64,000 nucleotides of DNA. It comes from an uncultured Acidobacteriota bacterium. GTDB taxonomy: Bacteria > Acidobacteriota > UBA6911 > RPQK01 > JAPXNP01. The notes beneath the pieces are model-generated. The model was not told where the DNA came from. It was given only the letters and a program-made list of their open reading frames with translations, and searched no databases. Both the position numbers and the translations under genes were made by a program. Of the stretch, positions 55,869 to 64,000 are shown piece by piece. Within the stretch, counting starts at the first letter, position 1. Each line of letters begins with the position of its first letter. The stretch covers positions 224,001 through 288,000 of the forward strand of contig CAVZRV010000031.1 in NCBI GenBank assembly GCA_963777605.1. The letters run 5' to 3'.

Positions 55869-57690
55869 CAGAAGGACACGTCTCAAGGATCTCTTCTCAC
55901 GGGCGATCGACCTCGCCCCCAGGGAGCGGGCGAGCTTTCTGGAGGGATCGTGTCCGGACGACCCCAGCCTCGGCACAGAAGTGGCGGAGTTGATTGCAGC
56001 CAGCGAAAGGGGCGACCACCTGTTCGGCCGGATCGTCGAGGATGAAGCCGAGTCTCTCGCTGACACCCGGAATACGGACGTGGTGTCAGACTCCAACGGC
56101 TCCGGCATCCCCCTGATCGAGTTGGTTGAAGGGGAGGCGCCACGGCAAACGTCCGACTACCAGCAGACTCTCCGCGACCGTCTCAAAGCCGCCGGCATCG
56201 TCCTCTCCGTGATCACCGGAGCTTCCTCGCTCCTGAGTCTGCGGCATCCGCCACCCATACCGATCTGGTCACTCCAGTTCGGCCAGTTCCTGGTGGTGTT
56301 CGCCATGACGATGATTCTGATCCGGCGAGGAGCGCGTTTGAGCTCGAGACTCCTGCGTACCCTCGAGTACACAATGGTTGCCTCGATGACGGTCTACTTC
56401 TCGGCGATCAGGTACTGGCTGCTGGCCGACATCGCCCGGGGAGAAAGACCAGGCGGACTTGCCGCCCAGATCGGATTGCTCACCGGTATCCCCTTTCTTT
56501 TGCTGATCTTCATCTACGCGTTGTTCATTCCCAATTCGTGGAAGAGAGCTGCCTGGATTATCGTCCCGGTGGCGCTGGCTCCGTCGGGAGTCCGGTGGAT
56601 GGTCGAGCTGCAGTACCCGGACTCACCCCAGTGGCGGCAGCCGGAAGGTCTTCCGTTCCTGATCCTGACCAGCCTGGTGGCACTTTACGGTGTCCACGTC
56701 GTCAATTCGCTGAGAAGAGAAGTCTTCAAAGCCCGCCAGTTGGGCCAGTACCGGCTCACCGAGCAGATCGGCCGGGGCGGCATGGGTGAAGTCTGGAAAG
56801 CGGAACATCGAACGCTCTCGAGGCCTGCGGCAATCAAGCTCATCAGGCCCGAAACCCTCGGTGCCAAGAGCCCCGAAGACGCCCGGACGACTCTGCGCCG
56901 TTTCGAACGAGAGGCCGAGGCGATGGCCAACCTGACGTCGGTCCACACGATCACTGTCTTCGACTTCGGCTTGACCGAAACCGGCACCTTCTACTACGTC
57001 ATGGAACTCCTCGACGGGATGGACTCGGAGACCCTCGTGAAACGCTACGGGCCGCTGCAGCCGGCCCGCGTCGCCTACCTGCTCATGCAGGCCTGCGAAT
57101 CCCTCGAAGAGGCCCACCAGAACGGTTTCATTCACCGGGATATCAAGCCGGCGAACATTTTCGTTTGTCGGCGGGGATTGCGCCACGATTTCGTGAAAGT
57201 GCTGGACTTTGGACTGGTCACCCCATTCGGCGAGACCCGGGAGAGGAAGCAGAGACTGACCCAGGAAGGCGCGCTGACCGGAACCCCGGGATACATCTCC
57301 CCCGAACAGGCTCTCAATCGGCCGCTTGACGGCCGGGCCGACATCTACGCGCTCGGCTGTGTCGGATACTGGATGCTGACCGGGAAGCTGGTATTCGAAT
57401 CGGAGAATTTTATCGAGGTCATGGCCAGCCATCTCAAAGCCACTCCGCCACCTCCGTCCGAACGAATCGGGAGAGATCTCCCACGCGACCTGGAACAGCT
57501 GATTCTCGCCTGTCTCGAAAAGGACCCCGCCCATCGGCCGGAGTCGGCGAGGAACCTCTCGAACCGATTGGCCGCCTGCCGGTTCGATCAACCCTGGGAT
57601 AGCGATCAGGCTGAGCGCTGGTGGAACAGCCGACAAAGCGCCCCCGTCCCGGCCGTTCAGCTCATCGACCGGAACAGTCAAACGCTGTAG
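55858..57690 (+). CDS. Membrane-bound Hanks-type Ser/Thr protein kinase
   Basis: IGRGGMGEVWKA, AAIKLI, RFEREA, IHRDIKPANI, KVLDFGL, GTPGYISPEQ, ADIYALG. About 6 TMs N-terminal to the kinase. Confidence 0.93.
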   Translation: MNDDRRTRLKDLFSRAIDLAPRERASFLEGSCPDDPSLGTEVAELIAASERGDHLFGRIVEDEAESLADTRNTDVVSDSNGSGIPLIELVEGEAPRQTSDYQQTLRDRLKAAGIVLSVITGASSLLSLRHPPPIPIWSLQFGQFLVVFAMTMILIRRGARLSSRLLRTLEYTMVASMTVYFSAIRYWLLADIARGERPGGLAAQIGLLTGIPFLLLIFIYALFIPNSWKRAAWIIVPVALAPSGVRWMVELQYPDSPQWRQPEGLPFLILTSLVALYGVHVVNSLRREVFKARQLGQYRLTEQIGRGGMGEVWKAEHRTLSRPAAIKLIRPETLGAKSPEDARTTLRRFEREAEAMANLTSVHTITVFDFGLTETGTFYYVMELLDGMDSETLVKRYGPLQPARVAYLLMQACESLEEAHQNGFIHRDIKPANIFVCRRGLRHDFVKVLDFGLVTPFGETRERKQRLTQEGALTGTPGYISPEQALNRPLDGRADIYALGCVGYWMLTGKLVFESENFIEVMASHLKATPPPPSERIGRDLPRDLEQLILACLEKDPAHRPESARNLSNRLAACRFDQPWDSDQAERWWNSRQSAPVPAVQLIDRNSQTL

Positions 57691-57920
57691 ATCTCGTTCT
57701 GCCGGCGGCCGTTGCCAGCACCCTGCCCAGTTTCTCCGCTCACGTGAGCTGTCGAAAAACTGCAGAATGGGTTTCTGATCCAACACTTGTTCGGTTATGA
57801 TAGGCGCTTCTTGAATTCTGCGCCGAACCACCTTGTGAGATCGACCGTTTGGAGTCAGGGAGACTGGCTGCTCGGGCGCTTACGAGCTGAAATTTACATT
57901 TCAAGTACAGAGGTTGGCAA

Positions 57921-59393
57921 TTGTCCGAACAAATTCCAGAATCCAAGCCATTGCCATTGCCCGGTCAACGGCGTCGGTCCATAGTCTCCGAACTGAACTA
58001 CAAAGAGGTCTTCGAGTGGTTCTGCAAGCGCAGCAACGGTGAGATCTTCCGCAGCGAAGTCGCCCTGCGTGCGTGCAGACTGTCCAGCCATGACTGGATC
58101 ATCGCTTCCGTCCGGGACGCCGCCTCGATGACCGATCACCGGCGGACACTGGAAACCCTTCTTGCCAACGAAGAGCGCCTGCGGATGGCCGGAACTCACA
58201 TGGACATTTCCGAACGGAAGACGGCCGAAGCGGAAAGGGAGAAACTCCAGGAGCAATTGCAGCAGGCGCTGAAGATGGAAGCAGTCGGAAGACTGGCAGG
58301 GGGCGTGGCGCATGACTTCAACAATCTGCTGACCACGATCAGTGGCAACGTTGAACTTTCCCTGACGGGACTTGATCCGTCGGACCCGCTTGCCCAGCAA
58401 CTCGAAGAAATCCGGACAGCCGCGGCCAGCGCGGCATCGTTGACACGGCAACTGCTGGCATTTTCGCGACGGCAGAAGATCGAACCCGTCGTCTTCAACC
58501 TGAACGAGATGGTCGAGAGACTCCAGAAAATGCTGGCCCGACTGATCGGGGGAAACATCGAAATACAGATCAACCTGGCCAGGGATCTCGGTGCCGTCCG
58601 GGTTGATCCGGGTCAGTTCGAGCAGGTGCTCGTCAACCTGGGGGTAAACGCCCGCGATGCGATGCCTGGCGGCGGGAGGCTCCTCATCGAGACGTACAAT
58701 CTTGAGGTCGAGCGAGAATCCCGTCTCAACAACTCCGCGTTGCAACCGGGAAGATACGTTACGCTAGTCGTTTCCGATACCGGAGAGGGCATGAAGCCCG
58801 AAGTCCGGAAGCACCTATTCGAGCCCTTTTATACGACCAAGGGAACCGGCCATGGGACGGGGTTGGGCCTGGCAACAGCATTCGGGACCGTGACTCAGGC
58901 AGGCGGTGCCATCGATGTCGAATCTGAAGTCGGGGAAGGGACGACGGTCCGGATCTTTCTCCCTCGAGTTGCAGAGAAGGCCCGGACGCTATCTTCGGAG
59001 AATGGAACCGATATGCACCCGGGCGGCCATGAAACCATACTGCTGGTTGAAGACGAAGACAGTGTCCGCAAGCTGGCGCAGAGAATTCTGAAGCGCCTCG
59101 GATACCAGGTACTTGAGGCCCCCAACGGGATTGAGGCCCTCAGGATCGCCGAGAAGCACGATTGCACCATCGACCTCCTGATGACCGATGTCGTGATGCC
59201 GGGGATGAATGGCCGGGAATTGGCCGAGAGGTTGGCCCGGCTCCAGCCGGGAATGAAGGTGCTGTTGACGTCGGGCTATGCCCAAGGCGTCATTGGAACC
59301 ACGGTGAAAACGGAGGAGGACATGAACTTCATCGGGAAGCCGTACACGATGCAGGCCCTCGCCGAAAAGCTTCGGGAGATCCTTGCCCTCTGA
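57921..59393 (+). CDS. Hybrid histidine kinase/response regulator with truncated PAS/PAC remnants
   Basis: LAGGVAHDFNNLL, EQVLVNLGVNARDAM, FEPFYTTK..GTGLGL, receiver (LLVEDE, LMTDVVMP, GKPY). N-terminus has only PAC fragments. Start uncertain. Confidence 0.85.
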   Translation: MSEQIPESKPLPLPGQRRRSIVSELNYKEVFEWFCKRSNGEIFRSEVALRACRLSSHDWIIASVRDAASMTDHRRTLETLLANEERLRMAGTHMDISERKTAEAEREKLQEQLQQALKMEAVGRLAGGVAHDFNNLLTTISGNVELSLTGLDPSDPLAQQLEEIRTAAASAASLTRQLLAFSRRQKIEPVVFNLNEMVERLQKMLARLIGGNIEIQINLARDLGAVRVDPGQFEQVLVNLGVNARDAMPGGGRLLIETYNLEVERESRLNNSALQPGRYVTLVVSDTGEGMKPEVRKHLFEPFYTTKGTGHGTGLGLATAFGTVTQAGGAIDVESEVGEGTTVRIFLPRVAEKARTLSSENGTDMHPGGHETILLVEDEDSVRKLAQRILKRLGYQVLEAPNGIEALRIAEKHDCTIDLLMTDVVMPGMNGRELAERLARLQPGMKVLLTSGYAQGVIGTTVKTEEDMNFIGKPYTMQALAEKLREILAL

Positions 59394-59437
59394 ATTCTCT
59401 CCAGTGCCGACATCGACACGCTGGCCGCACCGAACAA

Positions 59438-60514
59438 TCAACGGGAGTCATCCAAAGTCAACTCCACCTTGAGCCACCAGCGGGGTTTGTCCACGATCTT
59501 GATCGGAATCCCGGCGAATTTGCCGGTCGCAGAGGTCCACACCGAGAAGTCATGCCCGCCGGATTCTCCTTTCCGGCCGGTTTCAAAGTCGATCTCGAAG
59601 ACATCTCGGACGCTCTGATTGTGTTCCAATTCCACCTCGTCGTGATGCTTGACCCTCTTGATCTCGAGTGAGTAGTCCCGGGCATTGTAGACGTAGCTTC
59701 TCTCCTGGTCTTTCAGCTGATCCCAGCGTTTCTTGTCGACACCTGCCCTGATCACGTCCGAGAGGCAGGCAGCGACCGCCGTCAGGAACCCGAGCGGCTG
59801 CGAAGGCGGCGGTTGATGAGTCAGCGTTCTGACCTCATCCGGCGGATTGACCTTCAGCAGGTCCAGATACTGCCCCGCAATTCCAGCAGGATCCTCGAAC
59901 GACGCCACCGCAGGGGCGACAAAGCGACGGATCTCAACAGACGCGTGATCCGGGAAAACGGAGCTTACGGTTCCTTCGAAGGCCGTTTCCTCGGATGCGG
60001 CGCCTTCGCCTTTCCTCACCTCTGAAAGCGAGTCTTCACTCGACTTCGTCATGAAACCTTCAAAGACGGTCTTTGCCAGTGCCGGTTTGGACGAAGCCGC
60101 TTCCGCCTCATCCCAAAACGCGAGTTCGCGGGCATAGCCCCACCGGTTGTGCCCACCCGGCACCGCCTCCGGCTTTGACCCGAAAAGCACTTCCCATCCA
60201 TCAAACCAGGAGCCCGTCTGATCCCCGCTCGATCGAATCCTGCTGACCCATCCTCCGCCGACTCCACTCTTGCCAATCCAGAAGAACAGAAGACGGACAC
60301 TTCCCCGCATGTCGTAGTGGAATCGCTCGATCACCACGGGCTGGTTTGAATCAGGAAGCGGGAAGCCCTCCCATTCCTGCTCCGAGCCGAACACGGAGGA
60401 AATGGAGAGGACCCCAATGACTAAAGGCCAGGCCAAGGCGGCCGCCCCCCTCGAACACTGAGGGCTTGCCGCTCGACTTCTGATTTTTTCAAGGCTGCTG
60501 AACATCGTGACCAC
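59438..60514 (-). CDS. Hypothetical secreted protein
   Basis: Signal-like segment AALAWPLVIGVLSISSVFG. Motifs VRLLFFWIGKSGVGGG, NRWGY, FEGFMT, PRWWLKVELTL. Confidence 0.7.
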   Translation of the reverse strand: MVTMFSSLEKIRSRAASPQCSRGAAALAWPLVIGVLSISSVFGSEQEWEGFPLPDSNQPVVIERFHYDMRGSVRLLFFWIGKSGVGGGWVSRIRSSGDQTGSWFDGWEVLFGSKPEAVPGGHNRWGYARELAFWDEAEAASSKPALAKTVFEGFMTKSSEDSLSEVRKGEGAASEETAFEGTVSSVFPDHASVEIRRFVAPAVASFEDPAGIAGQYLDLLKVNPPDEVRTLTHQPPPSQPLGFLTAVAACLSDVIRAGVDKKRWDQLKDQERSYVYNARDYSLEIKRVKHHDEVELEHNQSVRDVFEIDFETGRKGESGGHDFSVWTSATGKFAGIPIKIVDKPRWWLKVELTLDDSR

Positions 60515-60737
60515 CCAACAAGCCTAAACTACAGCGTGTTCCGAAGGGTAGGAAAGAAATGCATCATCAGAACTGCTTCAGCAGCATTGAGTGGTCTCTG
60601 GCTCTTCCCCTGGTAGTCGCCGCCTTGAGTCCACTCCCGGCGCCGGCGCCAAATGGCTCGGCAAATCCAATTCTGTCGGCGGGTTACGACTGCCGACAGT
60701 GGCATTTCAGGAGTTACCCACCCAGCCCATGTTCCGG

Positions 60738-61271
60738 GTCAGGTTCGCCCCCGGCGACTCCGGACGATTCAGAGAGTGAAACTGGGTCCGCGAACCCGGG
60801 GGCGCGGCTTCGCCTTACCCCCGGCTCTGTGTCCGTGCCATTCCACGTTTCAAATGGACCCAGGATCCAAGCTTCAGGTGACGTTTCAGGTCAGCCCCGC
60901 CGCCGCGCCCTCCGCGGATCATTCAAAGAGTGAAACTGGTGGAGCATCGCCAGATGAGCGCGCCAACGGCGCAGGGTCATTTCCAGCCCGGCGGCAACGC
61001 CCCGGGAATCGGAGCCAAGACGGCAATGCAGCACTGAAAGTGCGATTCAGTCCCGGCGGCGGACGGTTTCAGAAAAACCCGGAAATCAAGAATCCTGGAT
61101 TGAGAAGGTTCACTTCCGCCGGGCAAGCTGCCCGGCCGCCATTTCAGGCAGGGATGCCTGGATTACTTTCCCTCCAGAAACGAGAAACCAGGAACCAGGA
61201 ACTCATCTCGATTGAAGTTTCAGGTCAGCCGGGCCCCCGGCGCCGCCGGACCATTCAGAGAGTGAAACTGG
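60738..61271 (+). repeat. Array of three core-motif copies (60738, 60884, 61218) including type-A copy 2 (60884-61166)
   Basis: Three copies of tcaggt(c/t)..gcc..cgga.(c/g)attca(g/a)agagtgaaactgg, separated by different GC-rich palindromic modules. Confidence 0.88.
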
Positions 61272-61350
61272 GAGGATTGGCGCCTTGGCTTCAGCACCTC
61301 GATTGCGGCCTGTAAGGTCGCGCCCCGGATTCACTTCGTCCGAAGAGGTG

Positions 61351-61437
61351 TTCAGCCCCTTCAGGGCTGGATTCTTGATGGGTGGACCGTGAACCCAGGC
61401 AAATGCCTGGGCTGGAAACAGGCCCCCTTCAGGGGCC
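61351..61437. repeat. REP-like triple-hairpin element
   Basis: cagccccttcagggctg, cccaggcaaatgcctggg, gcccccttcaggggc. Confidence 0.65.
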
Positions 61438-61487
61438 AGTCCGGCGCCGATCCTGTGATCATCACTCATCCAAGTCTGGCACCTGAC

Positions 61488-61511
61488 CAGGATCCAGGAT
61501 CCAGGATCCAG
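61488..61511 (+). repeat. Heptamer tandem repeat (CAGGATC)x3
   Basis: caggatccaggatccaggatccag. Confidence 0.75.
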
Positions 61512-61701
61512 CCGAGAGCCACGGTTTTTGAGTTCCACCGATCGCCCGATTCTCCGTCCAGACGCATCCAATTCGTCCAGGTCTTTCAACTCATCCAAAT
61601 TGAAGTTTCAGATCGGGCTGCCGATCCTCAAGTTGGATCTGCCCACATCCCTGAAATTGTAGTGCGAATTGACGGAGCACAGTCTCGCGAGGGCACCGTC
61701 G

Positions 61702-63042
61702 TCAGTGGCCTGTCCCAGAAAGCCGGGCGCTGCGAGCGCCCAGCAGGAACCTGAGCCATTCGCGAGCCACCAGACGATGGTAGGGCTCGGTCATGTGAAT
61801 CTTGTCGAGGCAGAGGAAGCTGGCCCGGTCCGGCGCGGCGTTCAAGAGAGGCTCAACTTCGATCACTCTCAACCCCAACTCGCCGGCCTTTTCCCACAAC
61901 GGCTCCGGCCCGGTCGCTTCCGACGGATCCTGGAGGTTGTCGAAGGTGCAGACCCGGGCGCCGGAGCCGGCCAGGCCGTTGCACATACTCGCGAAGTCAG
62001 TACGATCCTCCTCGCCACGCAAAGCCACCGCGAAAAGGACCAGGTCGGGCTTCCAATCCAGGACCTCGCTGTAAAAATTCCGATAAGCGCGGCTTGCCGT
62101 CAACCCTCCAGCGCCCCACTGCCGGTACTGGATCGCGGGATTGGTCATCGCGAGAACGGCGCCCACGACCGCCGCAAAGGAGCCGGGGGTAGCCCAGTGG
62201 CTCTGCATCGTGAAGGAGTGGCCGATGACGGCAATCCGTCGAGGTTCCAGTGCCTTCATTGACGGAATGAGAATTCGGATGTCCGGCTCTTCCAGTAATT
62301 CCCGCGCCATCACAAATTGGTCGCGGACATGAAGGTTCTTGAGTCCCCAATTCCAGATCTTGCGCCCGCAGATCTCCCAGGCGAAGGGCGTGCTCGGGCT
62401 GTCGGGAAAGGGCGCGTCACAGGTAATCTGAGCCAGTTTCCTGCCGACCGCCAGAAAATCCTCGTCCGTTCCGGGCAGGCCCAGTTGACCTGTGTAGGTG
62501 GGCAATCCAAGTGCCTGAATGAAATCCATCAGGTCCCAAAGCAGTGTCCCGTCCCGATCCACTTCCAGGCAGACCTGGTAAAGAGTGGCAATTGCACGGG
62601 CATTCACCCGATCCGCTCCGGTGGTCTCTATCAGGTAACTGCTGAACACGTTGACCGGGAGCTTCGGGTCGAGCCGGAGCGGGGCGTTCAGCATCGGCTC
62701 CAGATCTCTTGCGGGGTCGAACCGGGTCGGTTCCCGACGGGTCCACGCCAGGACCTGGATGAGGTCGTCGTGAAGCAGGGCCGCCTGGTGATCGACAAGC
62801 GACTGGAGTTCCGGCTCCGAAAGGCCGTTCGGGGAAAAGCAGATCAAGTCAGACCTGCCCGACTGCTTCGCCAGCAAAACCTGGTAGGCGTGGGTCGCAA
62901 CGATATTCGCTTCGATCAACTGCTCCAGTCGGCTGGCAGGTTGTTCAGCGCCTCCCGGAACGGGATGACTCTCACCCCGAACAGAGACCAGGCATCCCAT
63001 GCACAACACACCCAGAAGCGAAACATGCGCTCGACGATTCAT
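61702..63042 (-). CDS. Secreted protein with C-terminal SGNH/GDSL-hydrolase-like domain
   Basis: Signal peptide, IAVIGHSFT (block I-like), GAGG, KPDLVL, DKIHMTEPYH (DxxH block V). Confidence 0.65.
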   Translation of the reverse strand: MNRRAHVSLLGVLCMGCLVSVRGESHPVPGGAEQPASRLEQLIEANIVATHAYQVLLAKQSGRSDLICFSPNGLSEPELQSLVDHQAALLHDDLIQVLAWTRREPTRFDPARDLEPMLNAPLRLDPKLPVNVFSSYLIETTGADRVNARAIATLYQVCLEVDRDGTLLWDLMDFIQALGLPTYTGQLGLPGTDEDFLAVGRKLAQITCDAPFPDSPSTPFAWEICGRKIWNWGLKNLHVRDQFVMARELLEEPDIRILIPSMKALEPRRIAVIGHSFTMQSHWATPGSFAAVVGAVLAMTNPAIQYRQWGAGGLTASRAYRNFYSEVLDWKPDLVLFAVALRGEEDRTDFASMCNGLAGSGARVCTFDNLQDPSEATGPEPLWEKAGELGLRVIEVEPLLNAAPDRASFLCLDKIHMTEPYHRLVAREWLRFLLGARSARLSGTGH

Positions 63043-63224
63043 CGTGAAACTCTCCCCGGACAGGTTTTGGCTCGTTGAAAGTCAACATAGTCAAGAAATC
63101 CGGAAAACTCAATGATTTGTTAGTTCTCGGTCCAGGGCTGAATCATCGGGTCGAACCGTTCAGTCGGGACAGCCCGCTGCCGGTGCCACCGAGCCAAGGT
63201 TCGTTCGGCCGGTTGGCGAAAACC

Positions 63225-64000
63225 CTACGCCCGAACCAATTCGTGCTTCTTAATGAAATCGGGAGAAATGTCTACTCCGAGACCGGGGCCGGTCGGGACC
63301 AGGATCTCCCCGTTTTCGACCTGCAACGGGGAGCTCTCACAGCTGAACTCGACTTCGGTGTGCAGTCCCTTGAACTCGTGGTGCTCCAGCGCATTGGGGA
63401 GCGCCGAAACGAAGTGCATCATGTAGAGGAACCCCAGGCCACCTCCCGACATGTGCGGCGTGCAGGTGCTTCCCGAAGGCCTGCGGCCATCCGGGCGACT
63501 TTCATGGATCGGATCATCCCTCCGAAGTAGTAATTGTCCGGCTGTACAACCTGGAGCCCGTCGTTGGCAACCAGCCATCGGAAGCCATGGAGGCTGTATT
63601 CCTGCTCACCTCCGGCAACCGGAAGGTCAAGGGCATCGGCAACCTGTCTGGTTTCTTCGTACCAGTCAAACAGGACCGGCTCCTCGAAGAAGCGGTAGCG
63701 GTATTCTTCGAGGAGCCTGCCGACCCGGATAGCTTCGTCCACGGAGTAGAAGCCGTTGGCGTCGGCGTAGAGGTTCATGTCGTCGCCAAAGGTCCTGCGG
63801 ATGAGGGGGATCATCGTCTCGGTCCTTCCCGGAGGGCCGACCGCGTTGATATCGGCCGTCATGAACATGAGGCCGCCGACCTTGATCTTGAGCGCATGGG
63901 CATTGTATTCGGCAACGTCCCGCTGGATCAGTTCCAGGGACTCCTCGACCGGCTTTTCCCGGTACTCAGTCGCCTGGTAGACCGCAACCCTTGGGTGGTG
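63225..64000 (-). CDS. Mandelate racemase/muconate-lactonizing (enolase superfamily) enzyme, 5' partial, frameshift near 63480
   Basis: ALKIKVGG (upstream in frame), [37 protein letters not shown]. Confidence 0.9.

Noticed and set aside
60738-61271. Three similar repeats with unique intervening sequence as a CRISPR array
   Set aside because: Repeats are degenerate and about 55 bp, spacing is irregular (about 150 and 330 bp), the intervening parts are themselves repeats, and no cas genes are present.

Overview
GC-rich (roughly 60%) bacterial DNA, most consistent with an Acidobacteriota genome. That placement is inferred from gene families such as the TIGR02999-type ECF sigma/Ser-Thr kinase pair and the many Tat-exported hypothetical proteins. 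The assembly looks like uncorrected long-read sequence: many genes are split by single-base indels and two poly-T tracts (about 500 and 840 nt) replace real sequence. Content: carbohydrate and periplasmic hydrolases (two GH29 fucosidases, a GH123/DUF4091-like protein, esterases, GGT, alkaline phosphatase), a VapBC toxin-antitoxin pair between two gene remnants, a sigma-54-controlled metallocofactor island (NifX-like x3, COG1149 ATPases x2, CooC-like, TsaA/TrmO, radical SAM remnant), an octaheme cytochrome, a TonB receptor, signalling genes, and a modular family of intergenic repeats. The best candidate for an undescribed system is at 17.7-20.0 kb. An unannotated 54-aa secreted Cys-Cys/poly-Pro peptide gene is divergent from a 7-TM membrane protein and a translationally coupled partner, next to an XRE-type regulator. 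The same paired palindromic operator (TTCGG-N5-CCGAA x2, 33-bp spacing) lies in both divergent promoter regions. This looks like a peptide-signalling (quorum-sensing-like) circuit. No rRNA, tRNA, CRISPR array or intact transposase was recognised.
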